Made by a program: the position numbers and the translations under genes. The notes below the pieces were generated by a model. That model had not been told where the DNA came from. It searched no databases and worked only from the letters and a program-made list of their open reading frames with translations. 64,000 bases of DNA, taken from contig CAWCVB010000001.1 of the NCBI GenBank assembly GCA_963798915.1, positions 96,001 to 160,000 of the forward strand. Reading direction: 5' to 3'. Below are positions 1-11,900 of the stretch, in pieces; position 1 is the first letter of the stretch, and each line of letters opens with the position of its first letter. Origin of the DNA: an uncultured Gemmatimonadales bacterium (GTDB lineage: Bacteria; Gemmatimonadota; Gemmatimonadetes; Gemmatimonadales; GWC2-71-9).

Positions 1-169
1 GCGGAATCCAGCGCCATTCGCCGTGCGTAGTCACCCGGTCCATGAGATTGCCCTGGGCCACGAACCAATAGCCAAGGGCGCCGGCACCCATGGCCAGCAG
101 CGCCACGACGAGATAGGACGCCATGCCGGCTCGCGACCGCCTGGCTCCTTGACCATGAAGAAGCGACAT
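1..169 (-). CDS. N-terminal part of a membrane/exported hypothetical protein, running off the left edge
   Basis: AGGAGG RBS (rc of cctcct 175-180) just upstream of ATG at 169. Open frame MSLLHGQGARRSRAGMASYLVVALLAMGAGALGYWFVAQG... with a hydrophobic helix and no stop before position 1. Confidence 0.6.
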   Translation of the reverse strand, partial: MSLLHGQGARRSRAGMASYLVVALLAMGAGALGYWFVAQGNLMDRVTTHGEWRWIP

Positions 170-191
170 GTACACCTCCTGCGGTATCTGG

Positions 192-1334
192 TCAGCGGCG
201 GCGGCGGAACAGCCGGGCGATCGGGCCTCGGCGCACCACCCGTTCGAGCGCAGCAGCCAACTCGTTCATTGTCTGGTAGCGGTCTTCGGGCGCGAGCGCC
301 AAGGCGCGCGCCAAGACCGACTCCAGGCGGCCGGGCAGGTCGGGCCGGTACTCCCGGAGCCGGCGCGGCAGGCCGCGGAGCCGCGCCATCATGGTCTCCT
401 GCGCGTCCTTGCCAACAAACGGAAGCTGGCCGGTAAACAGTTCGAACGCCAGCACGCCCACCGCATAGATATCGCTGCGACCGTCCAGCGACCGGCCACG
501 GATCTGTTCCGGGCTCATGAACTCGGGCGTACCCAGGACAATGCCGGTCTGGGTGAGCTTGACCACCTCGGCACTGGCGCGACGCCGCTTGGCAAGGCCG
601 AAGTCCATGACGACGGCGCGGGGGGACGGTCGTCGGTCGTCGGTCGTCGGTCGTCGGTCGTCGCTTGATTGATGACTGACGTCTGACGACGGACGACCAT
701 CCCCCACCAGCATCACGTTCTCGGGCTTCAGGTCGCGATGAATGATGCCGAGATCGTGCGCGTGCTGGAGGCCCCGGCAGACCTGCACCAGGATGCGCAC
801 GCCCTCTTCCAGCGTCACGGCGCGGGTCCGGATTTCGTAGTCGGAAAGGGTTTCGCCGGCCAGGAATGGCATGACCAGGTAGATGGTGCCGTCCTCGGTG
901 TGACCAAAGGCCAGGATGGGGCAGACGTTGGGGTGCTCGAAGCGGTCGGCGATGTCGGCTTCGCGGCGGAGCCGCTCGACGGCGGCGCCATCCTTGGCCA
1001 GGCGGGGCGGCAGCAGCTTGATCGCGACGACCTTCCCGGTCTCGATGTCATCCGCCTGATAGACCCACGACATGCCGCCCTCGCCCACCTTGGTGCGAAT
1101 GCGGTACTTCCCGTCCAGCACGGTCCCGGCAAGGGCGCCGTAGCGGGCCGACTCCTGCGCGGTGGACCGGGGCGCGTCCCGGGCGGAATTGCGCACGCGC
1201 GATTCGCTGGCATGCAGCGGAATGGTGGTCAGTGCCGGCGGGGCGAATTCGACCAGGGGCGTGCCGCAGCGCGCGCAATAGCGCGAGGGCGGATCATATT
1301 GCGCCTGGCAGCGCGGGCACCGGCGGTTGGTCAA
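192..1334 (-). CDS. Hanks-type Ser/Thr protein kinase with N-terminal double zinc ribbon
   Basis: CPRC...CARCG ribbon. Kinase motifs GEGGMSWVY, VAIK, HRDLKPEN, DFG, GTPEFMSPEQ, DIYAVG. TTG start overlaps the upstream TGA. Confidence 0.93.
   Translation of the reverse strand: MTNRRCPRCQAQYDPPSRYCARCGTPLVEFAPPALTTIPLHASESRVRNSARDAPRSTAQESARYGALAGTVLDGKYRIRTKVGEGGMSWVYQADDIETGKVVAIKLLPPRLAKDGAAVERLRREADIADRFEHPNVCPILAFGHTEDGTIYLVMPFLAGETLSDYEIRTRAVTLEEGVRILVQVCRGLQHAHDLGIIHRDLKPENVMLVGDGRPSSDVSHQSSDDRRPTTDDRRPSPRAVVMDFGLAKRRRASAEVVKLTQTGIVLGTPEFMSPEQIRGRSLDGRSDIYAVGVLAFELFTGQLPFVGKDAQETMMARLRGLPRRLREYRPDLPGRLESVLARALALAPEDRYQTMNELAAALERVVRRGPIARLFRRRR
622..700. repeat. Inverted pair of heptamer tandem repeats (GGTCGTC)n / (GACGAC.)n inserted in frame in the kinase
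   Basis: Sequence ggtcgtcggtcgtcggtcgtcggtcgtcggtcgtc...tgacgtctgacgacggacgacc, translated as [12 protein letters not shown] between the catalytic loop and DFG. Confidence 0.85.
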
Positions 1335-2761
1335 TCGCGCACGCGATTGCGGCCGTCGCTCTTGGCGCGGTACAGATTGTGATCGGCCAGCCGAAGTAAT
1401 GACTCGCCGTTGGTCACCTTCTCATTGGGGTACGCTGCCAGGCCGATGCTGATGGTGACCCGCACCGGCCGCCCGGTCTCACCAAAGTCGTAGTTGGCCA
1501 CGCGCTTGAGCACCCGCTCGGCAAAGTTGCGGCTCTCGGTGGTGGTGGTTTCGGGCAGCAGCACCACGAATTCCTCACCGCCGTAGCGCGCCACGGTGTC
1601 GGGGGAGCGCAGCTCCCGCTTGAGCAGCGTGGCCAGCTGCTTGAGGATGCGGTCGCCCGTCAGGTGGCCGTAGGTGTCGTTGATCTGCTTGAAGTTGTCG
1701 ATGTCCACCATCAGGAGCGTCAGCAGTGACGCGTAGCGCGCGGCACGATCCATCTCCTGCTCGATCTTCTCGGACAGAGCCCGGCGGTTGAGCACGCCGG
1801 TCAGCGAATCAGTGGAGGCGAGATGCCGGAGCTGTTCCTGTCCGGTCACCGCCTTCTGCAGGTCATACGCGCGCTCCAGCGAACTCACGGCCGCGGTAAT
1901 GATCTGGTTGGCAAACTGGACATCCTGCTGGTTGAGCGGCACGTCCTCATCGGTGGTGCGGAGAAAGAAGACGCCCGCCGGCTTGTCGTTGAGCTCAAAA
2001 CGCATGGCGATGGCCGAGCGACAGGGAATGGCGCGCCCTTCCTGCTGCCAGGCCTCGCGGATCTGGTCGTACAGCGAATCGGTGGCCACGTCCTGGGCCA
2101 GGACCAGCTCGCCGGTGTCGAGCGCGTGGCGGATTTCGGGGTAGCGCGCCAGATCCACGCGCAGGTTGCGGAGGGTGGGGTTCTCGAATGCCGCCACCAC
2201 CGTGCCGGTCACCTCGCCGGGCTCGGCCAGGATGATGGAGCAGCGCGAGATCCGGAGTCCCTGCGCCACCCGACGCACCAGCACCTGGAAAATCTCTTCT
2301 GGCGTGAGACTCGAGGCCACTTCCTGCAGAATGTCCACCAGCTCCGAGCGGGAGCGCGCCTCGGTGCGGGCCTGATTCAGCTCCCGGCCCACCCGGAGAT
2401 GCGCCTTGACCCGGGCCAGCAGCTCGCGCACCCGGAAGGGCTTGGGGATGAAATCCTGCGCGCCCAGCCCCAGCGCCTTGACGGTGGCGTCCTCGGGCGG
2501 CATGGAGGAAATCATCAGCACCGGCAGGTCGCGCCAGCGGGGATCGGCGCGCACCTTCTGCAGCAGCTCGAGCCCATTGACCCTTGGCATCATGATGTCG
2601 AGCAGCAGCAGGTCGAACGTATCGGCCGCGAGATGATCGAACAGGTGTTCACCGCCGGGTATGGCAACCACGTCGTACCCGTTCTCGCGCAGGATCCACG
2701 ACAGGGTGCGCGAGAGGGTCTGGTCATCATCCGCGACAAGAATCTTCGGGGCGAGCCCCAT
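1331..2761 (-). CDS. Diguanylate cyclase, REC-GAF-GGDEF
   Basis: Receiver motifs ILVADDD, LLDIMMP, KPF. Central GAF-like region. GGEEF active site with an RSPD I-site. Confidence 0.93.
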   Translation of the reverse strand: MGLAPKILVADDDQTLSRTLSWILRENGYDVVAIPGGEHLFDHLAADTFDLLLLDIMMPRVNGLELLQKVRADPRWRDLPVLMISSMPPEDATVKALGLGAQDFIPKPFRVRELLARVKAHLRVGRELNQARTEARSRSELVDILQEVASSLTPEEIFQVLVRRVAQGLRISRCSIILAEPGEVTGTVVAAFENPTLRNLRVDLARYPEIRHALDTGELVLAQDVATDSLYDQIREAWQQEGRAIPCRSAIAMRFELNDKPAGVFFLRTTDEDVPLNQQDVQFANQIITAAVSSLERAYDLQKAVTGQEQLRHLASTDSLTGVLNRRALSEKIEQEMDRAARYASLLTLLMVDIDNFKQINDTYGHLTGDRILKQLATLLKRELRSPDTVARYGGEEFVVLLPETTTTESRNFAERVLKRVANYDFGETGRPVRVTISIGLAAYPNEKVTNGESLLRLADHNLYRAKSDGRNRVRD

Positions 2762-3692
2762 CTAGTTCACCAGTGACTGGAGAAGGTCCGGATCAATGTT
2801 GCCGCCGGTTGCGATCGCCACCACCGGCGGCTCCGCCGGGACCGCGCCTGAGAGCATGGCGGCGGTCGTGGCAGCGCCCGACGGTTCGATGGTGAGGCCG
2901 GCCTCGTGAAGAAAGCGGACGGCGGCGCGAATGGCGTCATCATCCACCTGCACGGCGTCCTTGACGGTGTCGCCGATGGCTGAAAAGGGCAAGTCTCCCA
3001 GCATGGCGGGGAGGAGACCGTCAGCGAGACTGTGCGGGTGGGGCACCGGCGTGGGCCGGCCGGCGGCGAGCGCGGCGCTGAGCTTGGGTGCGCCGGACGG
3101 CTCGACGCCAATGATGCGGACGTGGGGCGCTTCCGAGCGGATCCAGGTGGCCACGCCACCGAGAAGACCGCCGCCGCCCACCGGCACAAGCAGGGTCCGG
3201 ACGCCGGGGCATTGCTCCAGGATCTCGAGCGCCACGGTGCCCTGCCCTGCAATCACGTCGGCGTGTTCGTAGGGCGGCACCATCGTCATGCCGCGTTCGG
3301 CGGCGATGGCGCGGCAGGTGGGGTCGCGCTGGCTCCGGTGCTCGACGAAGACGATCTCGCCGCCGTAGTGGCGCACGCCGGCGATCTTGATCCTGGGGGC
3401 GTCCGCCGGCATGACGATGACGGCCGGCATGTCCAGCCGCCGGGCGGCGAAGGCAATGGCCTGGGCGTGGTTGCCGCTGGAATGCGTCACCACGCCCCGG
3501 CGGCGGGTGGCCTCGTCCAGGCGGGAGAGCGCGGTCCAGGCGCCCCGGATCTTGAAGGCGCCGATGGGCTGGTCCTGCTCGCACTTGAGGAGCAGGGTGG
3601 CGCCGTCCGGAAGGGTGAGGGGCAGGAGCCGGCTGCGGACGGCCACCCCGGCAAGCGCCGAGGCGGCCTCGCGAATGGACTGGGCGGTCACG

Positions 3693-3712
<20 letters not shown>
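2762..3712 (-). CDS. PLP-dependent threonine/serine dehydratase (IlvA/TdcB/serine racemase family)
   Basis: Motifs [38 protein letters not shown]. Confidence 0.92.
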
Positions 3713-6188
<2,476 letters not shown>

Positions 6189-6342
6189 GGGGCTCGCAGG
6201 ATGTCAGACACGGGTGGCCGGCGGACGGGCCGGGGAACGCTGAAATGTAACCGGACGCGGGTAGGGAAGCAACCGGTCAGAGGCACCGTAAGTGTCTTCT
6301 GAACAACGGGTTAGGTGTCGCGACCGGGTGGGTGGAAAGATG

Positions 6343-6696
6343 GATCCGTAGATTGCACCGATTGCCCAGACCTATCGATTCAGTCTGTGCGCTTTGGGAC
6401 CTCGGTCGATCTGCAGAAGTTGTCGAGCATCGAGACGGGCTAGGTCGTCAATCATCTCAAGGCCAGCGGGCTCGAGCGCGCATTGCTGCTCAACTTCGGT
6501 GCGCCACCGCTGGAGTACCGGCGCCAGGTGTCGACGGATTATCTCGATGAATCCACAGATTGCACCGATTTCACAGATGCGTCGGGGTAATCGGCGTCAT
6601 GTGCGGACGCATCAACGTACAGCGAACCCGCTAAGGGCGTTCGCCGAGTCTCCGGAGTTCGCTGGTAAATCTGGGCAATCAGTGAAACCTGTGGAC
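6343..6696. repeat. 9-mer-period inverted repeats (ATCCACAGATTGCACCGATTTCACAGAT type) around the GxxExxY remnant
   Basis: atccgtagattgcaccgattgcccaga (~6344), aatccacagattgcaccgatttcacagatg (6550-6579), and inverted mate aatctgggcaatcagtgaaacctgtggac (6668-6696). Confidence 0.7.
6411..6590 (+). pseudogene. C-terminal remnant of a GxxExxY (PD-(D/E)XK-like) protein
   Basis: Frame reads LQKLSSIETG*VVNHLKASGLERALLLNFGAPPLEYRR, matching the family C-terminus (AQ..NYLKA.G...GLL.NFG...L...R). In-frame TAG at 6441 and no N-terminus. Confidence 0.72.
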
Positions 6697-7027
6697 CCGC
6701 CAAGGGCTGTCCGGCCATGGTGCCGGAGCAGCCGGCCGTTGGCGTCGCCCTAGGACTCGTCGCGCTGGCCCGCCGAGGCGAAGCGCTCTGTGAGCGAGTC
6801 GGCGGGCCTGGCGCCCTCAACCGTGACCTTGAATCCTTCGGATGTCGTGAGCGCAGAAACCACCCCTCCGGTCGCACTCACAACACGTGAGGCAACACCA
6901 CCTGCTCCAAGTAGGCCGCTCGAAGAAGCTCGAAGAGCGCCTCCCGCATCAAGAGCTGCCCCGCTGACACCTCCAGCCATGCCAGCTGCCATCGGAGCCA
7001 TAACCAAGGCCTCCGCAGGCCGCCGAC

Positions 7028-7600
7028 TCACCTCCCTCCTGCGGGCCGGTGGCCTCGTTGTGCCTCCTCCCATTCTGCGGTCAACCCGAGGACGGCGACC
7101 CAGCCCTGGATGTAGGCCAGGTCCAACTCCGCGCCGCGGACCTCGAGGAGTCCGGTCACGTCCTCGATCTGCCGTCGTGACCCGCCCAGCTTCGCCCACT
7201 CCAGTTTGGCCAGGAGCACATCCTCCGCCGTGGCGACATAAAGAGACAGGCCCTCGAGGTTCGCCCGGACTCGACGGTCGAACTCCGTCCGGCTGAAAGG
7301 CCGGGACTTCCGGCAGATGAAGTCGATCTTCCATCCGGTCGACATGTCGATCACGTTGAACTGCGATTCCTGTCGGTGGGCCTCGAGCGCGGCCGCCTCA
7401 TCGGCGTAGTACTCGCTGGGTGGCAGCGAGCGGATGAGAGCGCGGAGCTGGTCGGGGGACGGCGCTATGACGAAGTCAATGTCCTGAGTGGCGCGCGGGC
7501 GCCCGTGGTAGGCGCTCGCAAACGACCCGGTCAACATGTACGGGATGTCGGCGTCCTCTAGCCGGGCGACCATCCGCCCGAAGAAATCAGCCGCCGCCAT
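7028..7600 (-). CDS. Nucleotidyltransferase-fold putative toxin (MenT1/AbiEii-like)
   Basis: NTase motif YMLTGSFASAYHGRPRATQDIDF, plus KIDF, VATAEDVLLAKL and RRQIED. The start (7600 or 7573) lies at or next to the upstream small gene's stop. Confidence 0.78.
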   Translation of the reverse strand: MAAADFFGRMVARLEDADIPYMLTGSFASAYHGRPRATQDIDFVIAPSPDQLRALIRSLPPSEYYADEAAALEAHRQESQFNVIDMSTGWKIDFICRKSRPFSRTEFDRRVRANLEGLSLYVATAEDVLLAKLEWAKLGGSRRQIEDVTGLLEVRGAELDLAYIQGWVAVLGLTAEWEEAQRGHRPAGGR

Positions 7601-7826
7601 TCGGGTGGGGACGGAGGTCGGCACCCACCAGGGTCAGGCGGAGGGCCTGACGGTGCACCCGGGCCTGCGGCCACTCGGGATGCTCGGTCCGGAGCCGGGC
7701 GGCGAGCAGCGCCCGGGCCGCGAGGCTCATGTCCACGGCAAGTTCCAAGCGGCGCTCGGGTAGCAGGCGGCGAAGCACGCCCACTTGCGCCTCGGCCGCC
7801 GCCAGCGAAGTGTCGGTTTTCGGCAT
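7587..7826 (-). CDS. Small helical putative antitoxin (MenA1/Rv0078B-like)
   Basis: 79 aa MPKTDTSLAAAEAQVGVLRRLLPERRLELAVDMSLAARALLAARLRTEHPEW..., with a GGAGG RBS. Overlaps the NTase gene. Confidence 0.7.
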   Translation of the reverse strand: MPKTDTSLAAAEAQVGVLRRLLPERRLELAVDMSLAARALLAARLRTEHPEWPQARVHRQALRLTLVGADLRPHPNGGG

Positions 7827-7837
7827 GGGGTCAGGCT

Positions 7838-7859
7838 CCTCCGCGAGACAAGCAATATA
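7838..7859 (-). promoter_or_regulatory. Putative -10 (TATATT) and RBS (GGAGG) of the TA operon
   Basis: Minus strand reads gTATATTgcttgtctcgcGGAGGagcctgaccccATG. Confidence 0.45.
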
Positions 7860-7862
7860 CCC

Positions 7863-8082
7863 CTCCGCAAGGCCCGCGTCCTCACCCAGAAGGCCCTGGC
7901 CGCGCTGGTCAACCTCTCCCTCAGCCAGATCCACCGCTACGAGGCCGGCACCGCCCAGCCTGCCCTGAACGGCATCCGAAAGCTCGCCCGCGCCCTCCGG
8001 GTCTCCGCCGACAGTCTCGTCTTCGGGCAAGATGAGGGTGGCCCCGACGAGGAGCTCCGGCTTCAGCTCGAGGCCGTCAATC
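7863..8082 (+). pseudogene. Truncated XRE-family HTH regulator
   Basis: LRKARVLTQKALAALVNLSLSQIHRYEAGTAQPALNGIRKLARALRVSADSLVFG...LRLQLEAV. No native start, and the C-terminus is cut where it meets the RHS end. Confidence 0.72.
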
Positions 8083-8358
8083 CGGCGGACACAGTCCAAA
8101 GGGATCCGTGAAGGTACGGGATTATTCCCGGCGTAGGCGTAGAGATTCACCCCGCCGGCCAAGCCGATCGGATCCTGGCTGAGGAACCGCCCGGTCTGGG
8201 GATCATACCACCGGTTCCGCAGGTAGACATAGCCCCCACCGCCCGCACTGGTGGGCGTGCCGGCGCCCGCGAAGCCCAGGCCCGTATGCGTCTCCAGGCT
8301 GCTTGCGGCCGTGCTGCCACTCTCCAGCTTGCCAAACGCGTTCCGGAGGTAGAAGCCG

Positions 8359-8489
8359 ATCCGCAGATGACACAGATGAAAACAAGCGATGACGCAGATG
8401 GCTCGGGAGTAAGTCCGGCACAATCTGCGTCATCTTCTCGCCATGAAATGAAACCCGCTACCTCACTTCTGCGGCATCTGCGGAATCAC
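8359..8489. repeat. CAGATGACGCAGAT-type inverted repeat element inside the RHS gene
   Basis: atccgcagatgacacagatgaaaacaagcgatgacgcagatgg ... aatctgcgtcatc ... tctgcggcatctgcggaat interrupts RHS coding between IQQRYV and IGFYLRNAFG. Confidence 0.75.
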
Positions 8490-8824
8490 GTAGCGCTGCT
8501 GGATCCGCCAGGTGGTCCCGGTCGAGGGGCGGACCAGGGTAAAGGCGACGTCATTGCCGTCGTACACATAGTAGGTCCGGAAGCCCACCGTGCTGTCGGG
8601 ATTGGCCCCGTCCAGTGCCCGGGCAGTGGTGGTGGCGAGATGGGTCATGAAGCGCCGGCCGCTGCCATCGTACCAGGTCCAGACGTGGTCATAGGGCCCG
8701 GTCACTGCCTCCGGCGTCATGCTGTAATACAACTGGCCCGCCGCGGTCCAGCTGCTCACGCCCCAGAGGGCGAAGAGGCCGGTGCCGCGGTCCAGCGTGG
8801 CCAGCCGCTGCCCCGCCTGAGTCG

Positions 8825-8946
8825 ATCACAGATGGCACAGATGAAAAACAATGACGCAGATGACGCAGGGCGGATCCCGAGCCATCTGCGTCATCCTCTC
8901 ACCGGGGCACCGTCGCTCTCGGGTCACAGCTGCGTCATCTGTGGAC
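8825..8946. repeat. Second CAGATGACGCAGAT-type element inside the RHS gene
   Basis: atcacagatggcacagatgaaaaacaatgacgcagatgacgcagg ... catctgcgtcatc ... ctgcgtcatctgtggac. Confidence 0.75.
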
Positions 8947-11900
8947 CCGCTACCGTTCCCGGCCACGCCGTCCGAACTGCTCAGGAGCCGCCGGGTCCAG
9001 CTGGTCGAGTCGTAGTTGAAGCGCACCGGCCCCATGTTGGCTCGCCGGGTCTCGTCGGCACTCCGGATCTCGCCCAGGGCCGAGAAGACCGGGTTGCCAA
9101 AGGAATAGCGGATGGTGCTCCCCACCTTTTCCACCACATGGTCCACCCAGCCGTGGCTGTCGTAGTGGGTGCTCCGGGTGACCGGGGCCGAGGTGCCCTT
9201 GAGCTTGACGGTGCGGAGGGTGTCCCGCCCGCCCTTGTCATAGAGGAAGCTCACGCTGGCCAGGCTGTCGGTGGCTCCGGTGCTGGTGGTCACCAGATGG
9301 ACCAGCGGGTGAGCCGGGCCGTGAGCGAGTCGTACACATAATGAATGGCGCCGCCCTTGTCCCCGCTGAATTGCTGGCCGCTGGCCAGGGTCACGGCATC
9401 CGTCTCCCCGGTCCGCTGGCCCCGGCGGTTATAGGTCAGGCTCCGGGTGGCCGTCGCCAGCCCGCCCTCGAACACCACCGTGTCGCCGGTGAGCTGCCCC
9501 ACGGCACTCCAGCCATGATGCCGGAGCAGCCGGTAATCGCCCAGGTACTCGTCGTGCATCACTTCATCCAACAGCCGGCCCTTGGCGTCGTAGTAGAACT
9601 CGTAGCGCTGCCCCGCCGAGCTGAGCCGGCCCATGCCCACGCCCAGGGAATCCCAGGCCGCCTCGACCCCCGGCTCGGCGAAGCGCTCGTCATCCACCGC
9701 CAGCCCGCCGCCCACATGGACAGGAATTTCTGGTAGGGCCGCCCCTGCCAGTCATACAGGATGCCGACGTAACTGCCGTTCCCTACGAAGGCGTAGACCG
9801 GCTGGCCCAGCGGGTCCCGGATCCAGCTCTGCTTGCGGGAGCGGTTGATGCCGTGGTGGTCCGGCTCCCCGGCCCGATCACGGAGTCCGGCTGGCCCAGG
9901 AGGTTGTACCAGGTGCGGGTCTTCTGGACAAAGCTGTCCAGCGGTATGAGCAGCGCCGACACCGCATCAGCCGAGGCATAGACGTGCACCGAGTCCACCA
10001 GCCCGCCCTTGCCATAGAACATCCGGGTGGTCGGCGCGTTGCTGCCGGTGCCGGTCTTGGAGGCCAGCACTCGGCCCAAAGGGTCTCGCTTGAACCGGGT
10101 GGCGATGCGAGCGGGTCTATGGTCGAGTCGGGTCGGCCATAGCTGTCGTAATAGACGTGCGTCTGTGGCCCGCCCGGCGCCGTGACGATGCTGGTATTCC
10201 AGGTGGCGCTTTCATAGGCCACGCTGGAGAGGAGGCTGTTCCCGTCCCGCACTGAATCGGACGGGTGGCCGAGGGGATTCCCGCTGTTGTCAGCGCACCA
10301 TAGGTGAAGACCGTCGTGTCCCCGCCAGGCGCCACGATCTTGCACGGGCAGGCATTTGGCCGCGCCCGTTGCCGTCCCGTACACGATGGTGGTGGGCACC
10401 TTGAGCGCGTCCTTGGACCAGAGCAGCCGGGAACACCAGGCGCCACTGGTCAAGGTGACCGAGTCGTACGCGAACGTGAGCGTATCGAGGGTGATGCCGG
10501 TCGGCGCCGGATACGCCAGCGTGTTGCGGCGCACCATGGTGACCCGGCTGAGGGCGTCATAGCTGTACATCACCGAGTCCGGCGTGGTGACCACCGGATC
10601 GCCATGCACGATCTTGGTCACCCGTCCCAGCGTATCCCGCTCGATGCTGCGGATGTCATCGGCCGCGGATGAGGGGATGTAGAACCCGCCCGGGAACTGG
10701 CCGTCCGGAGACCATCCGGACCCAGGTGGGAGAGCCGAACCGGTCCACCTGATAGTCGGTGGCATGGTTCCCGGCATCCACGAGCGTTCCGCGGACCTGA
10801 TTGGGAAACAGCAACCGCTCGAGTGGCTGGCCATTGTGGCCATACGCCATCCGGGGCGCCGCTCGCCGGGTGGCGTCGCGGAAGTTGGCGAAATTCTGCA
10901 GTCCCGGCCCGGTAAAGCCGGACGGCGTATGTAGCGAGTCGTCAAACTGGAATCGCTGCGCGATGAGCGCCGTTCCCTGCCGCCTGGGCGAGATGACCGA
11001 GTCGATCATGGCGCGGTTGAGGGCGTCGGTCTTGTAGGTGAAACGGGTGGTATCCGGCTAGTCGCGTCGGTGCAGAATCAAGTGCGTGAGCCGGCAGGCA
11101 AAGGCGCCACCGACAGCAGACGGACAGTACACGCGAAGGTCCGCCACGGTCGTGGTAGAGCCACTGAGCGTTGGATACACATCGACCGCTGCCACCTGCC
11201 AGCTGCCCGTGAAGTACCGGAACTTGAACGCCGTCCGCTCGGGTCCACCACGTAGCCGATGCGCGCCGTGGTTCCCGAATACAGGAAGTCGGTGTAGTTG
11301 CCGACCAGGTCCTTGGTCCAAAGCTGCCAGCCATCGCTCGGAACCCGACCGTTGCGCCGTTATCAAGGTAGAGCGCCCAGCTGCTCCATGCTCGGTGGTG
11401 GCTGCAGCGCCCGTTCTCACCCGGCGGCGGCTGCCAGGCGCCGCTGCCGGTCTTCCGGTACACCGAATACGAGCCATCGCCGCTGACTAGCACCGCAGCC
11501 GAGTCGGTGCCCATCATCAGTCCGGTGGCCAGGCGCGACAATTCGGCCAGTTGCCAGCCGGTGCCGAACCGGGTCATCGCCGTATCCACGAGCGACGTCT
11601 GCACGATATACTGGGTCACCGTGTCAGTGATGGGCCCGGAGAGGTAGTAGGCCTGAACCGCCACCTTCACTTGCCGAATGGTGGCCGGCGCGGTGGTATT
11701 CATATTGTCCACCACGGCGCTGAAGACCCGCGACTCATTCGCGTTCTCCCACAGGTTCAGGGCGCCGGCGCCGGCGACACTTCCCTTGGTGCCGGCATAA
11801 TGGAGGACGGGGCCAGCCACCACGCCGTTCACGCGGGGTGTGACGACGATCGAATCGGGCGCGGCGATCTGGCGCGGGATGTCTACCCGGATCGGCAGGA

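Noticed and set aside
7587..8423. 278-aa ORF read as an RHS core with a C-terminal toxin
   Set aside because: It is a chance fusion of repeat DNA, the RHS core, antisense XRE sequence and the antitoxin, which has its own RBS at 7838-7842. The DPFGL motif is in another frame.
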